DNA from: Octopus sinensis
Lineage: Eukaryota
DNA: 64,000 nt
Assembly: GCF_006345805.1 (NCBI RefSeq)
Contig: NC_043011.1
Span: forward strand, 25,990,464 to 26,054,463
Reading direction: 5' to 3'
Below the pieces are notes generated by a model. That model did not search any database and was not told the DNA's origin. It saw only the letters and a program-made list of their open reading frames with translations. Shown piece by piece: positions 1 to 13,189 of this stretch (position 1 is the stretch's first letter; each line of letters begins with the position of its first letter). The translations under genes and the position numbers were made by a program.

Positions 1-358
1 CTTGCTTACCAACCACATGATTCCAGGTTCAGTCCCACTGCGTGGCACCTTGGGTAAGTGTCTTCTCCTATAGCCTCCGGCCGACCAAAGCCTTGTGAGT
101 GGATTTGGTAGACAGAAACTGAAAGTAGCCCGTTGTATATATGTATATATATGTGTGTGCATGTTTGTGTGTCTGTGTTTGTCCCCCCAACATTGCTTGA
201 CAACCAATGCTGGTGTGTTTACGTCCCCATAACTTAGCGGTTCGGCAAAAGAGACCGATAGAATAAGTACTAGGCTTACAAAGAATAAGTCCTGGAATCG
301 ACTAAAGGCGGTGCTCCAGCATGGCCACAGTCAAATGACTGAGACAAGTAAAAGAGAG
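1..358 (+). mobile_element. tRNA-head SINE family A (5' end cut by window edge)
   Basis: B-box-like GGTTCAGTCCC, body CCTTGGG(C/T)AAGTGTCTT and tail GACTGA(G/A)ACAAGTAAAAGAG; same sequence recurs more than 10 times in the window. Confidence 0.85.
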
Positions 359-798
359 TCAGGAGATATAAGTACTGGGATCAATTTGTTCAACTAAAAA
401 CCCTTCAAGGTGATGTCCCAGCATGCCCCCCCGCCCCCCACCCCCCGCAGTCTAATGACTGAAACAAATGTAAAAAAGAAAAGAACAAACAATAAAAGAA
501 TCAGGGCTGACCTGGCACTACACCACAACAACAACAACAACATCAACCACAACATTAACAGGCCATCACCAATCTCATTCTCTCTGTCCACCTCATAAAA
601 TTGTCTACTTCTGTCACCAACTGTGTATATTAATTGACCATCAACCAATCTTTCTGTCCATCCACTCCCCCTTTTTTCCACTCCACACCCCCTTCTTCAC
701 CCCACTCCTCCACACAGAGCCAAAGATTATTTGGTTCCATTAGACATATGTACTTTACTTTTCTGCTTACTTTTTTTTTATTATTATGTTAACAATCA

Positions 799-841
799 GT
801 CATGTGACTATTAAGGTCACATGACTCAGCTGTCACATGAC
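799..841. promoter_or_regulatory. cluster of three GTCATGTGAC (M-box/CLEAR-like E-box) motifs
   Basis: GTCATGTGAC 799-808, GTCACATGAC 816-825 and 832-841 in non-repetitive-looking sequence; function not demonstrable from sequence. Confidence 0.25.
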
Positions 842-1031
842 TCCATTAGTCATGTCAATATCTGTCTTTACAAGAAGAAAGGAAGACCATTTCATTTTAT
901 TTTATTACATTTTATTTTGTTTGTTATTATCTTTTTATTCATTCAGTTATTTTTCTTTTCTTCTTTATACTTTTGAACATACATACTCATTCTCATATAC
1001 TAACAGACATGCACATACAAATACAAATACC

Positions 1032-1121
<90 letters not shown>

Positions 1122-1204
1122 ATATATATTATATATATATATATATATATCATATATATATATATACATATATATATACATATATATATATACATATATA
1201 TATA

Positions 1205-1242
<38 letters not shown>

Positions 1243-1324
1243 TTATATATATATACATTATATATATACATATATACATATATATACATATATATATACA
1301 TATATATATATACACACACACATA

Positions 1325-1395
<71 letters not shown>

Positions 1396-1474
1396 TTGCA
1401 TGTATGTATATATATACATGTGTGTATGTGTGTGTGTGTACATATATATACACACACGCACACATATGTATATA

Positions 1475-1894
1475 AGAGGGGACACTGAAAAATTCCTGGC
1501 TTAGGGTAAAAGAAATTTAGTCAACATATTCCCCTCTCAGATTCACACACTTATTGCAGTGGTCCTTCAGTTTTTCTAAGCCCTGTAAAAGAACTCGGAA
1601 CTTGGGCTTCCAACGAGGCCTTTCTCAATATCCTTAAAGCCAGGAAGGCGATGAGCTGGCAGAAACGTTAGCACACTGGGTGAAATGCTTAGCAGTATTT
1701 TATTTGTTTTTACATTGAGTTCAAATCCTGCAGAGGTCAACTTTGTCTTTCATCCTTTCAGGTTCGATAAATTAAGTACCAGTTGCGTACAGGGATCGAT
1801 CTAATCGACTGGCCCCCTCCCCAAAAATTTCAGGCCTTGTGCCTAGAGTAGAAAAGAATATCCTTAAAGCCAGGAACTTTTCAGCACCCCCTCG
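1475..1894. mobile_element. mariner-type MITE interrupted by a SINE
   Basis: TA-flanked ends: left AGAGGGGACACTGAAAAATTCCTGGCTT, right AAGCCAGGAACTTTTCAGCACCCCCTCG followed by TA. Confidence 0.8.
1647..1856 (+). mobile_element. tRNA-head SINE family B with 20-bp TSD
   Basis: Head GGCGATGAGCTGGCAG, B-box GAGTTCAAATCC; AATATCCTTAAAGCCAGGAA duplicated at 1627-1646 and 1857-1876. Confidence 0.9.
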
Positions 1895-2039
1895 TACTTA
1901 TAAACACATGCGCATGGTGCTGGTGGTGGTGGTGGTGATCATGCGTGAGAGAACTGAGATGTCATTGGTGAGAAGTGTATTCAGAATAAGGAAGGCATAC
2001 AAGCCATCAGTATAGCAGATCAGTAAGTGGAGTAAAAGT

Positions 2040-2845
2040 GCTATCATAACTGGCTACTGAAGCGGGGAATGCATGAGCTCTAAAGGAGCTACCTAATACT
2101 GACCCTACAGAGGGACCAGAGATTCAAGTCAACAGTAACACAGTGGATGAACTGATTAAGGACATGAAGAGAGGGAAAGCTGTAGATCCATCTGGAATAG
2201 TTGCAAAGATGCTTAAAATGTTTTGTGAGGTAAGATGCATGACTACCACCTGGACAGTTAATCAAGTTTTCCAGGAAGGTACCATACTCAATGACTGACA
2301 TAGCCATAACATCATCAACTGAAACAAAGGCAAAGGAGATACCTTAGAGTGAGAAAACTATAAAGGAATTAAACTATCGGATCAGGTTATGAAGTTTGTG
2401 GAGAGAGTTATATCATAATTGATCTATGACAGAGTAGACCTAGATGATAAGTAGTTTGGCTCAATGTCTGGAAGAGATAGAACAGATTCAGTCTTCCATG
2501 TGATGCAAATGCAGGAGAAAAATTTCAAGAGTAAACAAGAGAAGGCATTTAACAGTGTACCATGCTTAGTAATTTGATGGTTACCAAAGAAATTAGGAGT
2601 AGATGACTAGGTCATGAAGGATCTATGAAGCTATGTACAAAGCAAAGAGAATGTGAGCAATGATTTCAGTGATGAATTTAAAATCAGTTACCTTTGTCAC
2701 TTAACCTACTTGTGTACCAAAGTTTAAAGAGAAATCAGACATAATGTGCAAGAAAAAAGACTGCACTGGTATGGGCTGGTGATGCATATGGATGAGGATG
2801 GCTGTATAATGAAGTGCCAATCCCTTAATGTGGATGCAGTTTGCA

Positions 2846-2878
<33 letters not shown>

Positions 2879-3075
2879 CTCAGGATGATATGGGATGAAG
2901 TGGTGAAAGCTGATCTCAGGATCTTGAACCTCATGGAGTAGATGATAAAGAACTGAGATGACTAGCAACCAGCAGCTCTCAAGAAAACCTACTGATGTCA
3001 GCAAAACTGAGATCATGAAAGCACAATATATAAGTATATGCAAAACTGGCCCCTTCCCCACCTAGTTTCTTCCTG
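2040..3075 (+). mobile_element. decayed RTE-clade LINE, RT and 3' region
   Basis: Frame-disrupted translation KGKGDTLE*ENYKGIKLSDQVMK resembles RTE RT; 3' part resembles the RTE WDEVVKADL C-terminus. Confidence 0.7.
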
Positions 3076-3127
3076 AAGACATAACATATACACTACATAT
3101 ATTATACATACTATATATATATATATA

Positions 3128-3955
3128 CACAGAAGTTGGACGACAAAATAATGGAAACACCTTCAAATTTCAAACAAATTTATTTTAATATGGGATAGTA
3201 ATGCCTTTGGCAGCAGTAATTACAGCTTGAATTCTATGAGATATGGACTCATACAAAGTTTGAATTGTTTCCAAAGGAATTTATCTCCATTCTTCAGCTA
3301 AAACAGTCTCTAGTTCTTGTAGTGATGATGGTGGTGGATATCAACTCGTTACTTGTTTTTCTAAAATGCACCATAAATGTTCAATAATATTGAGATCTGG
3401 GGACTGTGGTGGCCAGATAAGATGTTCAACTTCACTAGAATGTTCCTCATGCCATTCAATAACAACTTTATCTGTGTGAATTGGTGCATTATCATCCTGA
3501 AAGATTGCGTTTCCCTCTGGAAACAATTCCGTAACCATAGGATGAATTTGATCAGATAAAATGCTTAAATAGTCTTGCCTATTAATTCAGTCATGAAGGG
3601 AAACCATTGGGCCAGCAGATTTCTTAGATATAGCTCTCCAGATCATCACAAATCCTCCTCCACGTTTAACAGTTGGAAGAAGGCAGTCTGGGTCAAAGGC
3701 TTCTTTTGGCTGTCTCCACACGTATAATTGGCCAGTGGTCAGAAATAAGGTAAAGGATGACTTGTCTGAGAAAATAACATTTTTCCGCTGCTCTAGGGAC
3801 CAATTCTGTAGGTTTTTACTCCACTCTAAACGCTTTGCAATGTTTGTTTTTGTAACTTGAAGGTATGCCCTGACGTTCCTAAAATATCTTCTCTTGTTTT
3901 CCAACAAAAGCAGCTTTGAAACTCCTACACTGCACGATACCTGTGTCCATTTCAC
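3128..3955 (-). mobile_element. Tc1-family DNA transposon remnant (DD34E transposase C-terminal half plus one TIR)
   Basis: ORF fragments VIFSDKSSF, PTVKRGGGFVMIW, FQDDNAPIHT, WPPQSPDLNIIEHLW; terminus TA/CACAGAAGTTGGAC at 3126-3141. Confidence 0.9.
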
Positions 3956-4034
3956 TAACCTACTCTAACCTCTCTTTACCGAGTGTAAAGCCATCTCTCT
4001 CAAGACTGCACTTCCTCATTCAAGGAGGTCTTGT

Positions 4035-4255
4035 CTTGCAAAATATTTGGTGACCTCACTTGTACTGAGGCTATATAAAAAGCACTCAGTACCCTCTGTG
4101 AAGTGGTTAGCATTAGGAAGGGCATCCAGCCATAGAAACCATGCCAAAGCAAACATTGGAGCTTTGTGCAGTCCTCTAGTGTGATGGCTCCTGTCAAACC
4201 ATCCAGTCCATACCAGCATGGAAACAGATGTTAAGCAATGATAATAATGATGATC
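4035..4255 (+). mobile_element. retroposon family C (RTE-like 3' end, (GAT)n tail)
   Basis: TTAGGAAGGGCATCCAGC core, CAGCATGGAAAC and GAT-rich tail; recurs about 15 times. Confidence 0.75.
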
Positions 4256-4300
4256 ATACATACATAAATATATGTGTATGTGTGTGTGTGTGTGTGTATG

Positions 4301-4334
<34 letters not shown>

Positions 4335-4582
4335 TGTATGTATGTATGTATGTATGTATGTATGTATGTATGTATGTATGTATATATATATCAGAGACTA
4401 TGTTAAAGAACAACATTCTTCTGTTTTGAGGGTTGTAGAACCTAGAAATGTACTGGAAATTATTTTAGGTAATAGAGCTTGTGTTTAAGAGTACATTTGT
4501 CAAAACATTTTATCACCACAATGTACTCTTGTCACTAAAATCATGGTACACACAAACAGAAAAGCAGACATTGAATTTTAAT

Positions 4583-4643
<61 letters not shown>

Positions 4644-4924
4644 TTGCCTTCATTTCTTTTATTTAGAGGAAACTAGAGGAAACTGACATGTGTGATGCTT
4701 ATATAGCTATAGGGTGAGTGTTTATGTGTCTGTGTATGTGTATGTGTATATGTATGCGTGTGTGTGTGTGGTGCGTGCGTGTGTGTGTGTGTGTGTGTGG
4801 TGTGTGTGTGTGTGTGTGGTGTGTGTGTGTGTGTGCGTGCGTGTGTGTGTGTGTGCCTTCTGTGTACATCAGATTTTTATATACAAACACACTCAGACAC
4901 ATGGAACAGTTCTGATATAAGAAG

Positions 4925-5235
4925 AGAGAGACTTGGAAGAGATGACAACAAAGATGAGGATGGTGATGAAGAAGATGGTGATGGTGATGATGATGATGAT
5001 GTTGATAATTGTGGTGATGGTGGTTGTGGTGGTGACAATGATGATGACAATGACAAAAAGGACAACTATGATGATGACTATAATGAAGATGATGGTGGTG
5101 GCAATGATGGCAGTGATAGTGGTGGTGGTGATGGCGGTGGCAGTGGTGGTGGTAATGGTAGTGGTAGTGGTGGTGGTGGTGGTCCTCATGGTACTGATGT
5201 AAACAAAGGAGGAGGAGGGGAAGAGGAGGAATGGA

Positions 5236-5271
<36 letters not shown>

Positions 5272-5476
5272 ATGAAAAAAGACAGAAAGTCTATAGGAAC
5301 ATATGATTATTATTGCTGAATCTTTCCTTACTCCCCACCACCACCACCGCACCGTCTCCATCCCCTTACGTATTTGGCATCGGCACAGATAGAAATGGTA
5401 TGGAAAATTCTGTGAGAAACAACAACAACAACAACAATAACACTTTCTTTATCAAATTAGTAATAATACAATAATG

Positions 5477-5527
<51 letters not shown>

Positions 5528-5530
5528 TTA
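4925..5530. repeat. compound (GAT)n/(GGT)n/(GAAA)n/(AAT)n low-complexity tract
   Basis: Directly visible; explains the acidic/Gly and His-rich ORFs here. Confidence 0.9.
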
Positions 5531-6199
5531 ACAATAATCCAAAGCATTGCCCTAGATTGAAACATGGGTGGTTTGTGATAGAGAAATTCTTGGTGTTGTT
5601 GCTCATGTTCTTGCTAATGTTGTTGGTTGATGTTGTTGTTGTTATTGCTGTTACAGTTGTATTGACTGCTACAGTTTGTAGTTGTTGTTGTTGTTGTTGT
5701 TCGACTAATTAGTACAGCTAAATGCTGTATTTCTGTTAGTGGAATTGATTTTTACCAATTGTGTCTGTTGAGGCTGATACTGATGATACCTGACTGTCAT
5801 CTGTGCTGGTCGATAAATCTCAGTAGCAGCAACGGCAGCATCAACGGCGGCAGCAGCAGCAGCAGCAGCAACAACAACAACAGCAGAAACAGTAGAGACA
5901 GTAGCAAGAAATAACAACACATGTAACACTCTGTCACCCAGCGCCACACACACAGGATGCAGAAGAGATAACAGCAGCAGCAGCAGCAGCAGCAGCAGAA
6001 ATGGAAGCAATCACACAACAGCAGCAGCAGCAGCTCTATTAACAGCAGTATAAGTATTACCAGTGGAAGCAGCAAGCGATGGCTACGTTAGCAGCAGCGG
6101 TATTAACAACAGCAGCAGCGGTATTAACAACGGCAGCAGCAGCGGTATTAACAACGACAGCAGCGGAGGTATTAACAGCAGTACAAATAGCTCTTTGAG

Positions 6200-6570
6200 A
6201 TTTTGGCACAAGATCAGCAATTTCAGGAGGGAGGGGGTTCTACTTATTACACTGATCCCTGTACTTGACTGGTACCTTATTTCACCAACCTTCGAAAGGA
6301 TGAAGGACAAAACTGAAAGACAAAATCCCAGTGGGATTTGAACTCAGAACGTAGAAAGGACTGCAACACAACAGCACAAATAATTTTTTCTACTATAGGC
6401 ACAAGGCCTGAAAGTTTGAAGGAGGGGGCTAGTTGATTACAGCATTCAACTGGTACTTATTTCATTGGCCCCGAAAGGATGAAGGGCAAAGTTGACCACA
6501 GTGGGATTTGAACATAAAGACATGAAATGCCACTAAGCATTTTGCCCAGCATACTAACAATTCTGCCAGC
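6200..6570 (-). mobile_element. two SINE family B fragments
   Basis: Reverse copies of CCTTTCATCCTTTCGGGG and GAGTTCAAATCCC. Confidence 0.7.
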
Positions 6571-6584
6571 TCACCACCCTAATA

Positions 6585-6642
<58 letters not shown>

Positions 6643-6676
6643 TAATAATAATAACAACAACAACAACAACAACAAC

Positions 6677-6729
<53 letters not shown>

Positions 6730-6744
6730 TAACAATAATAATAA

Positions 6745-7045
6745 TAAATGCCCTGATGCAGTACCAGGCAGTGGCTCTCATGGCTTCTGATCTTAACTGA
6801 TTGGAAGTGTTATCATAATAATAATAATAATAATAAACATTGTGTACAGTGCTCAGGTGCACTACAACTCATCGAAAGTGTATATATAATCAGGTGTAGT
6901 TTCGACGGATTTCGGAAAGCATGAGGGCCTTAAAGGATGCAGTGTCATGGCAGTCAACAACTGACGCAGGCAGTTTATTCCATGCTTCAGCAACTCTGAG
7001 TGTGAAGAAATGTTTCCGAAAGTCATGGGAGCTGTGTTGTTTTCG
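6745..7045 (-). mobile_element. CR1/L2-group LINE 3' end with (ATT)n tail
   Basis: Minus-strand translation HDFRKHFFTLRVAEAWNKLPASVVDCHDTASFK matches the CR1 C-terminal FF..RV...WN.LP motif. Confidence 0.75.
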
Positions 7046-7542
7046 TCTTGGTATAAAAGATGGGCTACAGCAAATATTCTGCTCAATACCACAGATTTGC
7101 TTGTCAATTGTTTGACCTTAACCAGTTGAGCATGTCCCTTAGTGGCTGACGATATGTGCATCTCTGATCACAAGCAGAAGTAGGGGGGAGCATCATAGCC
7201 ATGTGTTGAGAGGGTTTCTTTGGGGTTTGAATAGTTCACCTCTGGAAACATGGGTGGTTCTTTCAACATTCTTAAACAACCCTTATTCAGGGACCGTTTG
7301 AGCGGGATGTGCTACTCAACCTGAAGAAAATTCTAACTGGGCCCCACCTGCAAGGTCATGTGCTGTTTATCTTGATATGAGATCACCATGTCACGCACAC
7401 ATGGTTGTGATGCATGTGCCTAGTGTACCCTTATCAGACAGGTAGTCATGATGGGTACACTGGGCTTCGTATATTTTACCCCAGTGTCACTTTGATGGCA
7501 TGAACTGCTCTCTCACTCAATAATAATAATAATAATAATAAC

Positions 7543-7597
<55 letters not shown>

Positions 7598-7642
7598 TAA
7601 TAATAATAAAATAATAATAATAATAATAATAATAACAATAAC

Positions 7643-7701
<59 letters not shown>

Positions 7702-7715
7702 TAATAATAATAATT
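7046..7715 (+). mobile_element. 5'-truncated retroposon with (AAT)n tail
   Basis: Ends TGCTCTCTCACTC plus long (AAT)n; second partial copy at about 55215-55390. Confidence 0.65.
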
Positions 7716-7789
7716 ATCCTTTATACTATCAGCCCAAGGCCTGAAATTTGGTGGGAGGGAACCGGTTGATTATTCTTTTCTTTTATTCT

Positions 7790-8149
7790 TTTCTTTGTTT
7801 CAGTCTTTTGTTTCACTTGAACAATTCTTTGTAAGCCTAGTATTTATTCTATAGGTTTTTTTTTTGCTGAACTGCTAAGTTATGAGGATGTAAACACACC
7901 AACATTGGTTGTCAAGCAATGGCCGGGGGGCAAACACAGACACACAAATACACACACATACACACACACACGCACACATGCACACACATATACAATGGGC
8001 TTCTTTCAGTTTCCGTCTCCCAAATCCACTAACAAGGCTTTGGTCAGCCCAAGGCTATAGTAGAAGACACTTGCCCAAGGTGCCATGTAGTGGGACTGAA
8101 CCCGGAACTATGTGCTTGGTAAGCAAGCTACTTACCACACAGCCACTCC
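7790..8149 (-). mobile_element. SINE family A
   Basis: Reverse complement of the family A head, body and tail. Confidence 0.85.
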
Positions 8150-9011
8150 CAGTACTCCCCAAAGGATGAATGGCAAAGTCGACCCTGGCGGAATTTTAAA
8201 CCAGAACATAAAGACATATGAAATAATGCTAAGCACTTTGCCCATTATGCTAACAATTCTGCCAGCTCACCGCCTTGAACAGGAGCGGTATTTCATCTGC
8301 CGTTACGTTCTGAGTTCAAATGCCGCCAAGGTCGACTTTGCCTTTCATCCTTTTGGGGTCGATGCAATTGACTTAATCCCTTTGTTTGTCTGCACACCTG
8401 CAATTTTAGTGGAAGGACAAGTCATTTTCATCTGTACATCAAACCCTGTACTTTAATGGTACTTATTGAATCAACTCCAAAAGTATGAAAGGCAGAGTCA
8501 ACTTCAGTGGAATTTGAACTCAGATTGAGACCCAAAACAGCTTTTCAGGTTTGTTCAATCCAGTCAAACCATGCAATCCATGCCAACATGTAAAAAAAAA
8601 ACAGACGTTAAATGATGATGAGGATGATGAGAATGATTTCAATGATGGTGGTGGTGGGGATGATGAATATGATGATGATGATGATTGTAAAGAGCCAAAA
8701 CAGTAAATTATATTAGCGACAATAGCGACAGCTATATTAATGGTTTGTAATTTAGGCACAAGACCAGCAATTTTGAGAGTAAAAGGGTTTGTTAGCACCA
8801 TCAACCCCAGTGCTTTCTGGTGTTTTATTTTCTAAATCCTCAGAGAATGAAAGGCAAAGCTGACCTTGGTAGGATTTGAACTCAAAGCATAAAAGAGACA
8901 GGAATAATGCTTGAAAGCAATTTACTTTGACACACTAATAATTCTGCTAAAGCAGTTACAACATCATCAACAACAACAACAACAGTAGTTAAAATATATT
9001 ATTAACAATAT

Positions 9012-9425
9012 GGCCATGTGGTAAGTAGCTTGCTTACGAACCACGTGGTTCCAGGTTCAGTCCCATTGCATGGCACCTTGGCACCTTGGGCAAGTGTCTT
9101 CTACGATAGCTTCGGGCCGACCAAAGCCTTGTGAGTGGATTTGGTAAACAGAAACTGAAAGAAGCCCATAAAAAAATGTATATATATAGATATAAATGTA
9201 TGTGTGTATATATGTTTGTGTGTCTGTGTTTGTCCCTCCAACATCGCTTGACAACCGATGCTGGTGTATTTACGTTCCCGTAACTTAGTGGTTTGGCAAA
9301 AGAGACCGATAGAATAAGTACTAGGCTTGCAAAGAATAAGTCCTGGGGTCGATTTGCTCGACTAAAGGCAGTGCTCCAGCATGGCCACAGTCAAATGACT
9401 GAAACAAGTAAAAGAGTAAAAGAAT
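9012..9425 (+). mobile_element. SINE family A, near full length
   Basis: Head GTGGTAAGTAGCTTGC through tail GTAAAAGAGTAAAAG. Confidence 0.85.
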
Positions 9426-9529
9426 ATGATCACACTAGTGAGCCTTTATGATTCAACTCATTAAGCTCAACTGGTGCTTATTTTACCACCCACAAAAGGA
9501 TGAAAGGCAACCTTGGCAGTATTTCAACT

Positions 9530-9745
9530 CAACATAAAGACCCTGCTTCGGTCATATGACCATGGGATTGCACCTAGAAAGCTCCCCTTTGAGGTCAAGC
9601 AAGGTTGTCTATGAAAGACCAGCAGTCGCCCATGCATACCAGCCTCCCCTCTCCGCACCACTGATGTTATCCAAGGGAAAGGCAAAGGCCGATACAGCTT
9701 GGCACCAGTGATGTCACAACTCATTTCTCCAGCTGAGTGTATGCA
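9530..9745 (-). mobile_element. SINE 3' fragment of a further family
   Basis: CTCATTTCTCCAGCTGAGTG junction shared with SINE-like copies at 33500-33600 and 35870-36050. Confidence 0.45.
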
Positions 9746-11164
9746 TCTGTCCCCACTCTATTGCTTGACAAGCGATGTCAGTATGTCTACGTCCCTGTAA
9801 CCTAGCGGTTCAGCAAAAGAGACCAACAGAATAAGTACCAGGCTTACAAAGAATAAATCCTGGGGCTGATTTGCTCGACTAAAGGCGGTGCTCCAGCATG
9901 GCCGCAATCAAATGACTGAAACAAGTAAAAGTGTAAAAGAATATTTGGCAAAATATTTAGCATCATTTCGTCCATCATTATGTTATGAGTTCAAATTCCA
10001 CCGAAGTCAACTTTGCCTTCCATCATTTTGGGCTCAATAAAATAGGTACCAGTTGAGCACTGGTGTTGATGTAATCAACTTAACCCCTCTCCTGACCTTG
10101 CTGGCCTTGTGCCAAAATTTGAAACCAATATATTTTATTAGTAATAAAGGTGGCAAGCTGGCCAAATGGTTAGCATGCCAGGTAAAATGCTTAGCAGCAT
10201 TTCATCTGTCTTTACGTTCTGAGTTCAAATGCTGCTGAGTATGATTTTGCCTTTCAGCCTTTAGGAGTCAATAAAATAATCATCAGGTAGGGGGGTTCTG
10301 AAAGAGCTCTCAGGGAGTAGTGTTCCTGCCTTCCTGAGCTAGTTTTCCACAATGTTGCTTAAAAATTGTGGTAGAGGCTTTGGTCTCAGGACCACTCATA
10401 TCTAGAAACTGAGGTTGGGTCTAAGCAAGGGCATGCTCCCCACAGAAAATCCAGCTCCAAAAATGCCTCATGATAACAAAAGAGAATAGGTACCAGCCAT
10501 CCCAAAGGTTGGGGTGGTCTGCATCTGCCTGCCTCAGTTGTTATAGCATTGAGGTAGATCCAGCCACCCCCTGTTAACAGGGACAAAACCCGGATTTAAA
10601 ACACAGGATGATGATGATGAAGAAGCCTGGAGTTGATGTAATTAACTAACCCCACTCCCCATAAATTGCTGGCCTTGTGCCAAAATTTGAAACCAATACA
10701 ATACAATAAATACCAGATAAATATGGGGTTACTTTGAAAATTGTTGACTTTGTGTCAAAATTAGAAAGAATTATTTAGGTTTTTTATGTTCTGAGTTCAA
10801 ATATCACCAAGGTTAACTCTGCCTTTCATCTTTCTAGGGATAACATGATAAAGTACCAGTCAAGTGTTTGGTTGATTATAACCAACTAACCCCCTCCCCA
10901 ACCCAAATTGCTCACTTTGTGCCTATATTAGAAACACAGATTTTTGGGGGTTTCACACACCAGATCCAATATTTTTGAAAATTTCTACACAGAAATAGCT
11001 TTCCATGCTAATAATGAATATCATAATCATTTTGTGGCGAAATTAAAAATGAAGAAGTTATGAAGCTTTAAAAATTAAAAATTTTTCAGAATTTCAGCCA
11101 ATCAAATGCAGCCATTTTCAACACTCCAGAAGTTGAGTTTACCCAATATTCCCATAGCAACATA

Positions 11165-11380
11165 TTGATTTCAGATTATGGCACAAGGCCTATAATTTTG
11201 GGAGAGGTTACAAGTTGATTACATTGACCCCAGTGTTCAGCTGGTACTTAATTTATCGACCCCAAAAGGATGAAAGGCAAAGTCAACCTCAGCAGAATTT
11301 GAACTCGGAACATAAAAATGGATAAAATACCACTAAGCATTTTGCCCAGCATGCTAACAATTCCGCCAGCTTGCCACCTT
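11165..11380 (-). mobile_element. SINE family B
   Basis: Reverse copy with head and GGCCT(A/T)TAATTTTGGG tail. Confidence 0.75.
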
Positions 11381-11529
11381 AGTTCCCATACCAACAGAAT
11401 GAACCAGTGAATACATTGAAACAAAACAAGTTAAACCAGAATGGAGAAGCAAGAATTTGAAAATAATTAGCAAGTTTGAGGGGGTACATTTGGAAAAGTG
11501 GGGATGATACTGTGAGCCATTACCAGCAG

Positions 11530-11855
11530 AGCAATATAATACTGAGGAACTGAGGTCGTTGCCAGTACTGCCTGACTGGCCCTCATGCCGGTGGCATGTA
11601 AAAAGCACCCACTACACTCTCGGAGTGGTTGGCGTTAGGAAGGGTATCCAGCTATAGAAACTCTGCCAAATCAAGATTGGAGCCTGGTGCAGCCATCTGG
11701 TTTGCCAAGCGTTAGGAAGGGCATCCAGCTATAGAAACTCTGCCAAATCAAGACTGGAGCCTGGTGCAGCCATCTGGTTCGCCAGCCCTCAGTGAAAATC
11801 GTTCAACTCATGCTAGCATGGAAAGCGGACGTTAAACGATGATGATGATGATGAA
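11530..11855 (+). mobile_element. retroposon family C with internal 77-bp tandem duplication
   Basis: GCGTTAGGAAGGG...CCATCTGGTT repeated at 11632 and 11709. Confidence 0.8.
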
Positions 11856-12726
11856 CTGACTTTGTCATTGAAAACACAAAATGAATGTTTCCATAGTTAT
11901 TGACAGTGCTCAATATCACTGCAAGATGATAGGCTGGAATGAATTCATGTTTGCATAGAAAGGCTTGAAAGCAGAACTCTGCAACTAACGAGTGTAGCTG
12001 TGTTATTTATTGCTGGGTGAAAGAACCAATGGCTGTACATTACAATTTGTTAATTGGAACCAATTGACATAAACGCTTTCATGGTATGAGGTACTTGGAA
12101 GTGGCCACTTGGATGCTGGTGATTTGGCACAGCTGACTAGTCACTGAACCTGTTTTGGCAACATTTGGGGGGGGGGGGCATTGAAGGCAAATATACACAT
12201 ACATGCATGCATGTGAAGAAATATACATATATAGATCAAGAAAGACAGAGAGAGAAAGAAAAAGGAGAGAGAGAGAGAGGAGGAGGGAAGAAAAGGAGAA
12301 AGAAACATTACAATTTATAAACTGAAACCAGGCATGACTGTGTGGTAAGCAGTTTGCTTCCTAACCACATAGTTCCGGGTTCAGTCCCACTGCATGGCAC
12401 CATGGGCTAATGTTTTCCACTTAGCCTCAGGCTGACCAAAGCCTTGTGATTTGGTAGACAGGAACTGAAAGAAGCATGTGTGTCTTTGTGTCAGTGTTTG
12501 TACCCCATCACCATTTGATAACCAGTGTTGGTGTATTTATGTCACTGACACTTAGCAGTTCAGCAAAATATTCCAATAGAATAAGTACCAGACTTTAAAA
12601 AAATTACTTGGTTGCACATTCTTGAGGCCTCAACATGTTATTTATAAATAGTACAAAAATCTTCAAAATTTCAGCATTTGCTCTAACTCCTGACTAAAAT
12701 ATATACCATCAACTCGCTTTACACTT

Positions 12727-12933
12727 TTACTCTTTTACTTGTTTCAGTCATTTGACTGCGGCCATGCTAGAATACCACCTTTAGTTGAGCAAATAGACCC
12801 CAGGACTTATTCTTTGTAAGCCTAGTACTTATTCTATCGGTCTCATTTGCTGAACCGCTAAGTTACAGGGAAGTAAATACACCAGCATCGGTTGTCAAGT
12901 GATGTTGGGGGGACAAACACAGACACACAAACA

Positions 12934-13012
<79 letters not shown>

Positions 13013-13175
13013 TATATAATGGGCTTCTTTCAGTTTCCGTCTACCAAATCCATCCACAAGACTTTGGTTGGCCCGAAGCTATAGTAGAAGACACTTGCGC
13101 AAGGTGCCATGGAATGGGACTGAACCCGGAATCATGTGCTTGGTAAGCAAGCTACTTACCACACAGCCACTCCTA
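12727..13175 (-). mobile_element. SINE family A, full length
   Basis: Complete reverse copy, tail CTTTTACTCTTTTAC at 12725-12740. Confidence 0.85.
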
Positions 13176-13189
13176 CTGGAAATTTTTAT

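Noticed and set aside
4758-5361. 182-aa acidic/Gly-rich and 220-aa His-rich ORFs
   Set aside because: Begin in (GT)n and consist of trinucleotide repeats; no splice or start context
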